Below are positions 38,626-48,978 of a stretch of 64,000 nucleotides of DNA, in pieces. This DNA is from a virus (lineage: Duplodnaviria; Caudoviricetes). The stretch is taken from IMG/VR virus record IMGVR_UViG_3300001528_000580, positions 64,001 through 128,000 of that record; one strand, given 5' to 3'. The position numbers and the translations under genes were made by a program. Position 1 is the stretch's first letter; every line of letters begins with the position of its first letter. The notes below the pieces were generated by a model that was not told the DNA's origin, ran no database searches, and saw only the letters and a list, made by a program, of their open reading frames with translations.

Positions 38626-38919
38626 TTATAAGCAACCACCGCAACAACCATGAGTTATGTTTTCATTTGCTAATTCTTCAATTTTTTCAATATCTTCAAC
38701 TGTTAAGTTTAATTTTTGTCTTTCTTTATTATCTAAATTAAACTCCCAACTACCTTCTTCAACATGTGAATCTTGATAATCGTTAGTGAAATAACACGAA
38801 CCGTTGCTTGATAAACAACTATTAAATTTGATTTCTTTACCGTCTATTTTAACAATTAATGTTCCGCTACATAAGTTTGGATAATGACCATCATAACTAA
38901 CAAATTCTATTTTTTTCAT
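38626..38919 (-). CDS. conserved phage protein
   Basis: YDGHYPNLCSG...GCCGGC. Confidence 0.75.
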   Translation of the reverse strand: MKKIEFVSYDGHYPNLCSGTLIVKIDGKEIKFNSCLSSNGSCYFTNDYQDSHVEEGSWEFNLDNKERQKLNLTVEDIEKIEELANENITHGCCGGCL

Positions 38920-38921
38920 AT

Positions 38922-39146
38922 TTAATCTTCCTTATATTTCAAATGTATATTCCCTTCAAATTGATTTTCAATCTTTAATTCATTACAAACAAGTTGTAAC
39001 ATTAAATAATCATATTGACCTTCAAATTCATCTTTGAAATGAGCATTAACAACTTCTCTTGGTAAATTTTCTACATTACCAACATTTTCGATCCATTTTA
39101 ATAGAAATCCTTTGATTTGATTATACGTTGCTTTACAATCATTCAT
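38922..39146 (-). CDS. hypothetical protein
   Basis: ORF in operon. Confidence 0.65.
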   Translation of the reverse strand: MNDCKATYNQIKGFLLKWIENVGNVENLPREVVNAHFKDEFEGQYDYLMLQLVCNELKIENQFEGNIHLKYKED

Positions 39147-39171
39147 TTTCTTCTATTCTTCCTTCTGTTTT

Positions 39172-39699
39172 TTATCTACTATATTTTCTGATTGCTTCAT
39201 TAATTTTATTTTTATTATATTTATCTAACTCACCTTCATAAAATACGGTTGCATCTTGTTTGTTTTCAAACAACTCATTAATTTGTACCTCTATGGTATA
39301 ATATCTTGTTTGTTTTCCCCAATGTTCACTTTCATTTCTAAATTCAATAAGTTTATTATCTCCATTGATTTTTAATATATTTACAATTCTTGGAAGACAA
39401 GGTTTGTTATTGATAAATCTAACCCAATATTTCTTTTCTAATATATTAATAGGAAAAATTTTATCCGATCCATGATGAAATCCTCTATATGAATCAAACC
39501 AAGTTGTAATAGCATAATCATATTTATTGTTATTAATTGTTTTTCTAATATGATCTACTCTTTTAGTACTTTGAAACCAGTCGTCTGCTTTTTCAACTTT
39601 TACAATTTGATCATCTTTGAAATAGACAAATGCGTATCCAAATTTATATTCTTGTTCTTTAGTCAATTCAATTTTTTCATAATAAGTTCTGATATACAT
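39172..39699 (-). CDS. hypothetical protein
   Basis: ORF, AGGAG RBS. Confidence 0.7.
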   Translation of the reverse strand: MYIRTYYEKIELTKEQEYKFGYAFVYFKDDQIVKVEKADDWFQSTKRVDHIRKTINNNKYDYAITTWFDSYRGFHHGSDKIFPINILEKKYWVRFINNKPCLPRIVNILKINGDNKLIEFRNESEHWGKQTRYYTIEVQINELFENKQDATVFYEGELDKYNKNKINEAIRKYSR

Positions 39700-39721
39700 T
39701 TGTTTATCTCCTGTTAATTAT

Positions 39722-40003
39722 TTAATCAATAAGCCACGGCATAGTTAGAAAACAAAATACATAAAATACACATAGATTTATTCTATGTATTACACTTGAT
39801 CTATCATTATATTTGAAAATACCATATAAAATTCCTGAATATATCATAAATAAAATAATTGCAGGAGAAAGAAACAAAAATATGGTTATATGTAACCAAA
39901 ATCTGATAAATATAATATTAATCCACAAAAAATCATGTCTCGTTAGAAATGATTCTGCTCTCATTGCAATTTTTTCAACTGTTTCCATTAATATTCCTTT
40001 CAA
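39722..40003 (-). CDS. membrane protein
   Basis: TM segments. Confidence 0.6.
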   Translation of the reverse strand: MKGILMETVEKIAMRAESFLTRHDFLWINIIFIRFWLHITIFLFLSPAIILFMIYSGILYGIFKYNDRSSVIHRINLCVFYVFCFLTMPWLID

Positions 40004-40587
40004 AAATTTAACTCTTCATCTATTGAGTTTTTAATTAAATCTTTTTCATTTATTGTTTTAAATAATTTATGGCAATCAAAACAATAATAATCAGAAATTA
40101 TTACTCTTCCATAATCGCCATTAATTTCTTTTGATTCTATATGCTGAATCTTTCTATATTTACAATATGGACAAAAAGCATTTTCTTCTATCCTGATTGC
40201 TTTAATATCATATGGTGTAAAAGATGGATAAGCATATTCCTTATATGATTCCACACACCATTTAGCATGTTTAATCATCACATCTGTTTTACTAAATCCA
40301 CAACATTCAAGTTCAAAAAATGCTCTTTTCCAAGCATCTTTTTCCATCAAGTAAATAGATGCTAATTGAATATCTTGTTTAAATTGTTGAATATGACCAT
40401 ATTCATGAAGAAAAGATATTAACATTATCTCATGATTGTCATATACACCAACATCAATCTGTTTTCTATTACAAGAACTAAAATTGATATATTCTTTTTC
40501 TTCTCTGTTATGAAATACTATTTGTATTTTATTAGAGAATCTATCAATAATAAATTGTTTAACTTCTGTAATAGAGTTTAAGTTCAT
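40000..40587 (-). CDS. HExxH metallopeptidase-like protein with Zn ribbon
   Basis: LHEYGH...EKDAW; CPYC/CFDC. Confidence 0.65.
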   Translation of the reverse strand: MNLNSITEVKQFIIDRFSNKIQIVFHNREEKEYINFSSCNRKQIDVGVYDNHEIMLISFLHEYGHIQQFKQDIQLASIYLMEKDAWKRAFFELECCGFSKTDVMIKHAKWCVESYKEYAYPSFTPYDIKAIRIEENAFCPYCKYRKIQHIESKEINGDYGRVIISDYYCFDCHKLFKTINEKDLIKNSIDEELNF

Positions 40588-41069
40588 TTTACAATCTCAC
40601 CACCATAATAATATTCCCTGTTTTCATGGAAATTTTTAGAATCAAAAGTTTCATGCCCAACAATGATCCTAGAATTATTGCTATATTTTTTGCATTTAAC
40701 TTTGTAAATAGTATATCTTCCAGTTCTTGAATATTGTGAAGCAACAGTGCAATGTTCAGTATGATATTTTTTCCGTTCTTGTGCTTCTTCGATAGTTTTA
40801 AAAATTCCTTCAATGAAATTTTCATAACTACAGCAAGTACATCCAGTGCTACCATGAATAAGATAAGCATCAAATTCTTCACATGTGATATTGCTTGATT
40901 TATTATATTTATTAATAAATTCATTCAAATTTAACAAATCATCTTCACCAAAGTTTTCTTCAAATTTGTAATCACATTCTTTACAAAAAATAGAACCATC
41001 ACCTTCACTATATGAAGAGTATGCTCCAACAAAAATTTTATCACTTTCGCATTTAGGACATTTGATCAT
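40584..41069 (-). CDS. Zn-ribbon protein
   Basis: CPKC...CKEC; GCTCC. Confidence 0.7.
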   Translation of the reverse strand: MIKCPKCESDKIFVGAYSSYSEGDGSIFCKECDYKFEENFGEDDLLNLNEFINKYNKSSNITCEEFDAYLIHGSTGCTCCSYENFIEGIFKTIEEAQERKKYHTEHCTVASQYSRTGRYTIYKVKCKKYSNNSRIIVGHETFDSKNFHENREYYYGGEIVK

Positions 41070-41084
41070 TTTTCATACTCCTTT

Positions 41085-41543
41085 TTATTTGCCATGAAAA
41101 ATCCAATGAATATTATCATTACTAATCTCTGATGAATGTTCTTCATATTCCATGTAATCAAAAAGAGTATCAACAGCGATTGACATAGGATCATAACAGA
41201 ATTTTTGTTGTGTAAAATACATGAAGAAATAACCTTTGTTTAAATATTCCTTCACAATATTGTTAACTTCTTCTGTATAAAAAAATGCTGACATATCTTT
41301 AGAAATTTCTTTAAAATTTTCCTCATTATAGAGTTTATAATAAAGAAAATAACCTTTACCAATAGTATTTGGTTTAAGGATAATGTTAATTTCAGCAAGT
41401 TTTTCAATCATAGTTTTAAAATTATTGAAAGCATTGATATCTTTAAATGCAATCAATGATTTGATGTCATGATTTTTCCACCATTCTTTTACTTCATCAT
41501 TGATTAATGCTGTGCTTTCAACATTGATAAAATGTATAAACAT
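41085..41543 (-). CDS. hypothetical protein
   Basis: ORF, AGGAG RBS. Confidence 0.7.
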   Translation of the reverse strand: MFIHFINVESTALINDEVKEWWKNHDIKSLIAFKDINAFNNFKTMIEKLAEINIILKPNTIGKGYFLYYKLYNEENFKEISKDMSAFFYTEEVNNIVKEYLNKGYFFMYFTQQKFCYDPMSIAVDTLFDYMEYEEHSSEISNDNIHWIFHGK

Positions 41544-41561
41544 TTTGAATACTCCTTGTTT

Positions 41562-41936
41562 CTAAAATACATTATCATTTAAAATTAATCTGAAACATCT
41601 ACCATCTTTTGTTTTCATATATGGACTAGTTTTATTAATTTTATAATAAAACCAATCATATTCACATTCAATATCTTCATGATATGTAGCAAAATAATGT
41701 CTAAAATAATTTTGAACAATCTTACCAGAAGAATATTTCTTAATATGTTCCAATGTACTTTCATTGTAACCAATATTATAAACTGTCATTAAAATCTTGA
41801 CAAGTTCTTCATCATTTTTAAATACATTAGTTTGAATAACTTTATTTGATTTTAAATTATCAACTTCAATAATAACGCCTTCAACATAATCTTCTTTATT
41901 TTTCTTGAAGTTTTTCAGAAAATTTTTGAAATTCAT
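41562..41936 (-). CDS. hypothetical protein
   Basis: ORF after promoter. Confidence 0.7.
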   Translation of the reverse strand: MNFKNFLKNFKKNKEDYVEGVIIEVDNLKSNKVIQTNVFKNDEELVKILMTVYNIGYNESTLEHIKKYSSGKIVQNYFRHYFATYHEDIECEYDWFYYKINKTSPYMKTKDGRCFRLILNDNVF

Positions 41937-42098
41937 TTTGAATGTTCCTTATTCAATATTTCTTTTCTTCCTACTATATACTATACACCATTTTTACTAA
42001 AAAACAAGCTGTCATTCTGAAAAAATGGTATATTTTTTAAATTACTTCTACTGATTCTATTGAAAATTCTAATTGAAATGAAATTAACTTTATATATT

Positions 42099-42374
42099 TT
42101 ATTCATAATCTTTTTCATTATAATTAAATTCTGCTTGACATTCTTCACACACTTCCAAATTTTCTTCATCATCTGTCTTTAAAGAAGTTTCACAATATTT
42201 ACATTTTTTTGAATGAAAACATTTCAAACAAATTTTCTCATTATATTCATTTTCAATTAAATGAGATTCTGGTTTATCTATTTTGCATAGTTCACATGGA
42301 ATTTTAGCTTCTGATCTATCAATATTATCATTTTCAATAAAGTTTCTATATTTGTTTACATAATTTTTTGCCAT
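42099..42374 (-). CDS. Cys-rich Zn-finger protein
   Basis: Four CxxC motifs. Confidence 0.7.
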   Translation of the reverse strand: MAKNYVNKYRNFIENDNIDRSEAKIPCELCKIDKPESHLIENEYNEKICLKCFHSKKCKYCETSLKTDDEENLEVCEECQAEFNYNEKDYE

Positions 42375-42398
42375 TCTATTACCTTTTATCTTTTGTTT

Positions 42399-42494
42399 AA
42401 AATGTGTCGGCTAATCTTATAAATTTTGGTTTATAATCTTGAAATGCTGATTAGGTGTAAAATTTTTTTTAGATTTTTTGGATTTTCAGAAATC
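42399..42494. repeat. about 95-bp dispersed element, copy 2
   Basis: Matches the ends of 35643-35738. Confidence 0.7.
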
Positions 42495-42682
42495 TACTTT
42501 TTTATAAATTTCTTAACTATTTCAGCAACAGAATCAGATGTTATGATAATAGAATCTTGATTTGATATAACAAAATCAGGAAAATTATAATTATTTAGTT
42601 TTCTAACTTCAAAAATATAAACATTTTCATTTGTATCTTCAAATTTTTTGGTAGCTTCTTTTAATGCATCTTGATAATTCAT
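42494..42682 (-). CDS. hypothetical protein
   Basis: ORF, RBS. Confidence 0.65.
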   Translation of the reverse strand: MNYQDALKEATKKFEDTNENVYIFEVRKLNNYNFPDFVISNQDSIIITSDSVAEIVKKFIKK

Positions 42683-42708
42683 ATTTTATTTATTCCTACT
42701 TTAAAAAA

Positions 42709-43221
42709 TTAAATATTCTTTTTAATATCAATTTTCATTTGTTTATCTTTTAAAGATTCTCTTTTATCATAATTGTGTTTACCTTTAACAAGAGCAATCT
42801 CTACTTTGATTTTGCCTTTGTTGTTAAAATAAATAGATAATGGAATTATATTATATCCTTTTGATCTTACCTTTAATGCAAGTTTGATCATTTCATTTTT
42901 ATGTAGAAGAAGAAATCTATTTGCTTTTTCTTCATGGTTATTATATGTTCCATTATTATATTTGCCAATAAAAGCATTGTGCAAAATAACTCTATTATTA
43001 TTTATTGTAATAAAAGAATCTTGTAAATTTACATTGTTTGCTCTGCAAGATTTTACTTCTGTACCAACTAATGATATTCCAGCTTCATATTTATCAAATA
43101 TAAAGTAATCATGAAACGCTTTTCTATTAGTACAGATGATTTTTTTATAGTTATTTTTTTCTATTATATTGTTCGATTTATATATAGCATTTATCCTATT
43201 ATTTGTTTTCGTGTTTTTCAT
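42709..43221 (-). CDS. smpB: SsrA-binding protein SmpB
   Basis: NRKAFHDY...YEAGISLVGTEVKS...LLLHKNE...KGKHNYDKRE. Confidence 0.95.
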   Translation of the reverse strand: MKNTKTNNRINAIYKSNNIIEKNNYKKIICTNRKAFHDYFIFDKYEAGISLVGTEVKSCRANNVNLQDSFITINNNRVILHNAFIGKYNNGTYNNHEEKANRFLLLHKNEMIKLALKVRSKGYNIIPLSIYFNNKGKIKVEIALVKGKHNYDKRESLKDKQMKIDIKKNI

Positions 43222-43232
43222 TTCATCTACCT

Positions 43233-43502
43233 TTAATGATCTAATTTTCTTTTAATTGTAGGAAATTTTTTCCTGTTTTTGAATTGATCTAATCTTCTAA
43301 CGCATAAAAACTTTGTACTCATTTCCTGCATATTTTTACAACCACAAAATAACATTGCTTCCTTTTTTGAATTGAATGTTATCGCTTTTTCTAACATATA
43401 ATGATATGAAAAATGTTTGCAAGGAATATAATTCACCTCTGATAAAAAACCATTAAATTTAATAGTCCCATCACAAACAACCCATTTGTTTTTCCATTTC
43501 AT
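43233..43502 (-). CDS. hypothetical protein
   Basis: ORF, RBS. Confidence 0.65.
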   Translation of the reverse strand: MKWKNKWVVCDGTIKFNGFLSEVNYIPCKHFSYHYMLEKAITFNSKKEAMLFCGCKNMQEMSTKFLCVRRLDQFKNRKKFPTIKRKLDH

Positions 43503-43535
43503 TTTTAAAATCCTTGTTTTAAAAATATATTTATA

Positions 43536-44267
43536 TTAGATAAATGTATCTAAAATATTCATTATTCTATTTTTTAATTTTTGTTCATTAGGATAAAATA
43601 TATAATCATAATAATATGTATATTGTTTATCTCCATTATTAAAACTATATGTGTCAATTATTCCATATGGTTGTCCTACTACTATTTTACCTACAACATT
43701 TGTGAAAAGTTTTTCATCTAATATCCAACATTCACTAGTATTTTTTGCATCAGCAACATATTTCACAATATCTTTACTATATAAAACTTTTTGAGGATTA
43801 ATTGGAACATGAACATATAATTCATCACCAGTTCTACCAAATTGAATAGCAGATAATGCTCCAAATATGGATTGTGCAAAACAAATTCTTGGTATGGTGT
43901 TATTCTCAACACCTGATTTTGTTAGTTTGTTGACTGGTATTCTAGGTTTCATTAACTTTGGTTTATCATCTAATGATAAATGAATTAAAGATAAACCATA
44001 ACTTTGCATTTCTTCATTATAATGTTGTTTTATTTTTTCAATATAAATACCTTCTTTTGCATATTTTTCCATATAACGATCATTTCTATCCATATTATTT
44101 TCACCAAATATTTTTATGGATTCTTTGTCACTTTGATTTCTTTGTTCATCACTCATATTGAAAAAATCTTGTGCTAAAGATTCTTGTTCATAATATGAAT
44201 TAGCTTCATATATAATCGTTAAATTTTTATTCTTTTTTATTAATTTAATTTGATCAATTAAGTTCAT
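43536..44267 (-). CDS. phage protein, possible ADP-ribosyltransferase-like fold
   Basis: HLS...PRIP...PRICFA...DAKNTSECWI. Confidence 0.5.
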   Translation of the reverse strand: MNLIDQIKLIKKNKNLTIIYEANSYYEQESLAQDFFNMSDEQRNQSDKESIKIFGENNMDRNDRYMEKYAKEGIYIEKIKQHYNEEMQSYGLSLIHLSLDDKPKLMKPRIPVNKLTKSGVENNTIPRICFAQSIFGALSAIQFGRTGDELYVHVPINPQKVLYSKDIVKYVADAKNTSECWILDEKLFTNVVGKIVVGQPYGIIDTYSFNNGDKQYTYYYDYIFYPNEQKLKNRIMNILDTFI

Positions 44268-44306
44268 TTTGTTTCCTTTTTAAATAAAAAGAAAATAAAA
44301 TTTTTA

Positions 44307-44747
44307 TTAATTTTTTACATTCCTGCGAATATTAGCTAATTTTTCTAAACATTCAAGGCTTTCAGGATCAAAATCTCTTTTTGCTTTATTGCAAATTCTA
44401 CAAAACAGTTGATAATTATCAATGTTATTTTTGCCGCCCTTACTTTTAGGAATAATATGGTCTTTAGTCATTAAAATTGCACTCATATTTTGATCAAGAC
44501 AGTACAATTGAAAAAAATAAACATCTTTAATTTCTTGATGTTTATGCAATTTAAAAAAGTTTGCTTTTCTTTGGCAATTAACGCAAGCTAAGTTATCAAT
44601 ATATTTCATCCAAAGTTGATATGCAGAATATTCCGCATATACTTTCATATTATGAAATTTTTTATTTGATCTACTTGCTGATTTTGCAGAAAAAATCTTA
44701 TGTAAAGAAAGATAATTGATTACTTCATCTATTGAATATGTTTCCAT
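44307..44747 (-). CDS. HNH endonuclease
   Basis: CVNC...TKDHIIPKSKGGKNNIDNYQLFCRICN. Confidence 0.88.
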   Translation of the reverse strand: METYSIDEVINYLSLHKIFSAKSASRSNKKFHNMKVYAEYSAYQLWMKYIDNLACVNCQRKANFFKLHKHQEIKDVYFFQLYCLDQNMSAILMTKDHIIPKSKGGKNNIDNYQLFCRICNKAKRDFDPESLECLEKLANIRRNVKN

Positions 44748-44748
44748 T

Positions 44749-45261
44749 TTAATTACCATATTTAAAATTTGGACAGTGACAATTTAAATTGACAATACAT
44801 TCTTGATTTGTATTATCTCCTTTTTTCTTTTTTAATTTACAATATCCTTTTGCCTCTTCATTATACCTTCTATCTTTATCAAATGGTATAATATGAATAC
44901 AATTTCTACATCTTTCAAAACTATGAATAAATTTTATTTCTTTATCTACTTCGGTAGTATATCTACGTACTTCTGGATATTGTTTTTTATATTCTTTAAA
45001 AAAGTTATCTTCTTCTTGTATTTTTCTTTTTAATTCATCTTCTTTTTCTTTTTGCTCACGTATTCTTTTTTCTTCAATACGTTTTCTTCTTTCTAATTTT
45101 AATCTTCGTAGTTCTTTATTTTTCTTTTCGATTCTATGTTTTTCTATTCTTTTCTTTTCTTCATCTAATCTTTTTTTACGAATGTTATTCTGTACCAATA
45201 CAAAAGCAATTGCTAATATAGCAACTATTACAAGTAAAATTATTAATGTTTTAATTATCAT
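44749..45261 (-). CDS. membrane-anchored coiled-coil protein with Cys-rich C-terminus
   Basis: N-terminal TM, CRNC...C...C. Confidence 0.7.
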   Translation of the reverse strand: MIIKTLIILLVIVAILAIAFVLVQNNIRKKRLDEEKKRIEKHRIEKKNKELRRLKLERRKRIEEKRIREQKEKEDELKRKIQEEDNFFKEYKKQYPEVRRYTTEVDKEIKFIHSFERCRNCIHIIPFDKDRRYNEEAKGYCKLKKKKGDNTNQECIVNLNCHCPNFKYGN

Positions 45262-45677
45262 TGTCTACCTTTGTATTCATATAATTCACAACAATTGTCT
45301 TCTGAAACATGACAATTTTCAATATTTAATCTTTTCAATTTCTCAAGACAAATGAGTTTATTTAATTTTATAGAAAATTTGCTTTTCTTACATATTGAAC
45401 AATTAGAATATTTAATATTTATTGCCCAACATCTTGGAACATCTTTATCTATTTCTACTTGATTCAATTCTAATTCTGCAAGTAGTTGTTTATTTCTTTC
45501 TTCAAGTTCTTTAATTTTTGTATCATCTTCATCATTTAATGTTCTTCTAATATTTGAATATTTTCTATCTTTCATTCTTCTTTTTCGTTCATTAATTTCC
45601 TCTTCATTATTTTTAATGATATTCATCATTGTAGCAGATACAGCAGGAGCAATCATCATATATGGTGGAATTGGCAT
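45258..45677 (-). CDS. coiled-coil, Cys-rich protein
   Basis: CSIC...C...CC. Confidence 0.6.
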   Translation of the reverse strand: MPIPPYMMIAPAVSATMMNIIKNNEEEINERKRRMKDRKYSNIRRTLNDEDDTKIKELEERNKQLLAELELNQVEIDKDVPRCWAINIKYSNCSICKKSKFSIKLNKLICLEKLKRLNIENCHVSEDNCCELYEYKGRQ

Positions 45678-45678
45678 T

Positions 45679-46284
45679 TTAGTTATCTTCCTTACATGTT
45701 TTTGCAATGTTTAAAAAAACATTTCTATTTTCTAAACAATTAATAATGAAATTGATAGAATCAAGTTTCTTTCTCATAATATCTTTGTCAAATTCAATAT
45801 AAAAAAACAATTTATGAAGCTCAATATATCCTTTATGAATTTCTCTTACTTTTTCTAATTGATTATTGATATAATCTTTTGTTGGTTTTACACCCCAAAT
45901 TGAATAATCATATTTATAAAGATTTTGAAATAATTCTCTTGCTTCATCAAACTTTTCATTATCTTTTTGCCTTTGAAGAAAAAATTTAACTTCGCAAACA
46001 TTGAAATTAAAATCATGAACATCACTCTGACAATAAAAATTATAATTATGAAACAAAGAAGATAAACTTGGTTTATTACCAATTAACTCTCTGCGAGTAA
46101 ACCAAAGTTTAAATGTACTCCAATCAACATTAATTTCTTTAGGACGATCTGCTAACCATTTCAACCATTCTTTTGTATCAAATTGTGACATTAAATATTC
46201 AGGAATATCAAAGTTTTTAGTTAATTTTCTCAAAAAAAGAGCAATGTTGAAATTTGTATCAAAATTTAAATCTTTATTGTTCAT
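45679..46284 (-). CDS. hypothetical protein
   Basis: ORF, GGAG RBS. Confidence 0.7.
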   Translation of the reverse strand: MNNKDLNFDTNFNIALFLRKLTKNFDIPEYLMSQFDTKEWLKWLADRPKEINVDWSTFKLWFTRRELIGNKPSLSSLFHNYNFYCQSDVHDFNFNVCEVKFFLQRQKDNEKFDEARELFQNLYKYDYSIWGVKPTKDYINNQLEKVREIHKGYIELHKLFFYIEFDKDIMRKKLDSINFIINCLENRNVFLNIAKTCKEDN

Positions 46285-46285
46285 T

Positions 46286-46573
46286 TTATTCTCCATCCAA
46301 ATATTGAATCATTTCTTTTATATAAGAATCTTCTACCTTACCATATAATGTATTGAGTTGTTCTTGTGTGCATTTTTCAAACAATACTCTTCCACAAGAA
46401 ACTTTTATCCAACCTACATCTTCAAGTTGTTTTTCATAATTTATTTCAAATTTTCTTGTATCTAATCTTTCTGCTGAATTTCCTGTAATAATCTCATAAG
46501 CACAACGAATGTGTTGATAAGGTTCACAAATAACAATTTTACCACTAGGACTAATCCATGCAGAATGTAACAT
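46286..46573 (-). CDS. conserved phage protein
   Basis: WISPSG...H...LEDVGWIKV. Confidence 0.75.
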   Translation of the reverse strand: MLHSAWISPSGKIVICEPYQHIRCAYEIITGNSAERLDTRKFEINYEKQLEDVGWIKVSCGRVLFEKCTQEQLNTLYGKVEDSYIKEMIQYLDGE

Positions 46574-46574
46574 T

Positions 46575-46853
46575 TTATTTCCTCAAAATATTGTAAGATT
46601 GTTCATCTTTTGCAGAAATGCGATATCTTGTTTCTTTGTCATTTGCTTTAATCAGCCAAAGATCAAATTGATCACAATCATCTCTACACGTTTTAATATC
46701 ATACAGTTGTCCTGCGCCATTAAACAATGGACTATACCATCCCGAAAATTTCCAAACACCATTTGTTTTGTGATAAGTTTCACATAAAACATTGTTATCT
46801 CTTGTATATTCACTAAGAAAATTTTTGATTTCAGAATAAGTAATTTTTTTCAT
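46575..46853 (-). CDS. hypothetical protein
   Basis: ORF after promoter. Confidence 0.7.
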   Translation of the reverse strand: MKKITYSEIKNFLSEYTRDNNVLCETYHKTNGVWKFSGWYSPLFNGAGQLYDIKTCRDDCDQFDLWLIKANDKETRYRISAKDEQSYNILRK

Positions 46854-46984
46854 TTTTCAACTCATTTGGTTTATGGTTATAGTTTTCTTCTTCAATAATA
46901 TACTATACACCCAAATGACAATAAAATCAAGCAGGAAAATAAATATTTTCCTGCTTTTTTAAGAAAAATTTGTAATATAATATA

Positions 46985-47422
46985 TTACATCATTGCTTTT
47001 GCAAGTTTAGCTACAATTCCTTTATCTGCATTGAGATTTTTGAAGTTAGTCATAACCAACTTCATATCAATTTTTCCACCATTATCCTCTTTGAACTTGT
47101 TCAAAACATCCTGAATTTCTGCTTCATTCATCTGTTTCGGCATATCTTTTTCAAGTTCTTCCATAAGAACAGAAATTGCATCTACTTCATTCTTTTCTTT
47201 TTCAGCCAGATCATTTCGATTATTTGCTTCATAAATTTCAAGTGATTTCTGGCGATCTGATTTCATCTTTTTGAGCATTTTGTATTGAACTTCATTGGTG
47301 ATATCTTCACGAATATCAACATATTTTGTTTTTACTTCACGAAGAACTGTAAGCATAGCATCTCTTACTACACCCTTTTCAGCTTTCATCCATTCTACAA
47401 TCCGCTTTGCTACATCAATCAT
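46985..47422 (-). CDS. GatB/YqeY domain protein
   Basis: MKA...RQKSLEIYEANNRNDLAEKEKNE...PKQMNEAEI...ADKGIV. Confidence 0.88.
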   Translation of the reverse strand: MIDVAKRIVEWMKAEKGVVRDAMLTVLREVKTKYVDIREDITNEVQYKMLKKMKSDRQKSLEIYEANNRNDLAEKEKNEVDAISVLMEELEKDMPKQMNEAEIQDVLNKFKEDNGGKIDMKLVMTNFKNLNADKGIVAKLAKAMM

Positions 47423-47439
47423 TTGTTACACTCCTTTTG

Positions 47440-47709
47440 TTATTCAAATGTTTCTCTAATTCCACTTATAATTGCTACAATTATTGATTTAATAAACGAT
47501 ATGATAACTTTAAAAGTTTTAACAATCAAAGTAACAATCGCAATTATAATTAACAATGGATATACAATTAAAAATAAAAATTTTTCCAGTCGTTGATTAT
47601 CTGATTTATATTGATATTTATCAAGAAATAATATCATTTCATATAAAGACATTCCCAATAAGAGATAAGAACCTAATAAGAAAACTATTTTTGAATATAA
47701 TACCAACAT
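47440..47709 (-). CDS. membrane protein
   Basis: TM segments. Confidence 0.65.
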   Translation of the reverse strand: MLVLYSKIVFLLGSYLLLGMSLYEMILFLDKYQYKSDNQRLEKFLFLIVYPLLIIIAIVTLIVKTFKVIISFIKSIIVAIISGIRETFE

Positions 47710-47734
47710 TTTCTTTAAGAACTTTCATGTGCAT

Positions 47735-48031
47735 TTATGGCAAATCAAACAAATGAATGTAATCTTTATTATATTCATTGTTAAATTTAACAAATTCTTC
47801 TTTAATTTCAATTACATCTTCAAGAAGAAATGTATTATATGTACTTTCGCTGATTTGATTTGTATTTTTAACTTCAAAATCAAAATGAAGATTAGGATCT
47901 CCATTACCATAAAAATGTGGGACACCAGCAAGATACAGGTTTTTCTTGTCGGAAAAAAGATCACCATTTAAAATCAGATGATCCACTTTAACACAACAGC
48001 CTGTTTTTAAACATTTCATCGAACTAATCAT
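47735..48031 (-). CDS. hypothetical protein
   Basis: ORF, GAGG RBS. Confidence 0.65.
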   Translation of the reverse strand: MISSMKCLKTGCCVKVDHLILNGDLFSDKKNLYLAGVPHFYGNGDPNLHFDFEVKNTNQISESTYNTFLLEDVIEIKEEFVKFNNEYNKDYIHLFDLP

Positions 48032-48193
48032 TATTGTATTAATCCTCTTTAAATGCAATTACAAAAAATACAGAAAGACCAGAAAAAATTCCAAACATAC
48101 AAGCCGTATCCATATCTTTTTTTGCAAGACATGACCCAAACAAAACACACGAAAACGCAAGAGTTGCAATTGCCAAATAGAAGAATTTCCCCT

Positions 48194-48757
48194 TCATTTT
48201 TTATCTCCTTTATGAAATTGATAATATAAAGACATTACCTCTGTCAAAAGATTGACATGCACTTTTTTAAATCTCATCCACGGTTTATTTGTCTCTCGAT
48301 ATAAGCTGTCAAACAAAACATCTGCTTTATGAAAATATGTTTTTGCATATTTGTAATCTCCCATGTTGAGAAAATCTTTAACATTGCAAATTCTATCTGC
48401 AATTTTAACAGTAAATACCGAACTTGTATTATTCAATGCAATATTTGCTAAATATCCTGATTTAGCAAATGGATTATTCTTGTTTTCATAGAATGATATT
48501 GATTTAACAAGAAAAGCCACAGAATATCCGAAATTATCTTCAATTTCATATTCTGAACATTTTGTATCTTCTAAAATATCGTGCAATAATGCAACAATAT
48601 AATAATATTCTTCAAGATCATTCGATTCATCACATTTTTTCAAAAGATTATAAACATCAAGAGGATGGTTCCAATATAATGTTTTACCATCTTTCCTTAA
48701 ATCATCTCCATGCCATTTTTTCATAAATTCAATGGCTTTTTTAATTTTATTACTCAT
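48194..48757 (-). CDS. RelA/SpoT-type HD hydrolase (small alarmone hydrolase, Mesh1-like)
   Basis: H..RKDG..Y..HP..V, ALLHDILEDT, VKIADRICN. Confidence 0.85.
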   Translation of the reverse strand: MSNKIKKAIEFMKKWHGDDLRKDGKTLYWNHPLDVYNLLKKCDESNDLEEYYYIVALLHDILEDTKCSEYEIEDNFGYSVAFLVKSISFYENKNNPFAKSGYLANIALNNTSSVFTVKIADRICNVKDFLNMGDYKYAKTYFHKADVLFDSLYRETNKPWMRFKKVHVNLLTEVMSLYYQFHKGDKK

Positions 48758-48978
48758 TAATATTTCTCTTTACCTCTTTTGCTTTATTGATCGTAAGAAT
48801 TAATGTAACCAATTTTAAAGCAATATCTTCAATTTTTACCTTTAAATCACACGAAACAGTATAATATCCTAAATCAAGATGAACAAAACAATCATCATTA
48901 GTCATCTTATAATTCCTTGATTTTATCATATTTTTTTATATTTCTTTATATTATATAATATAACACAAAAAAGGAAAA

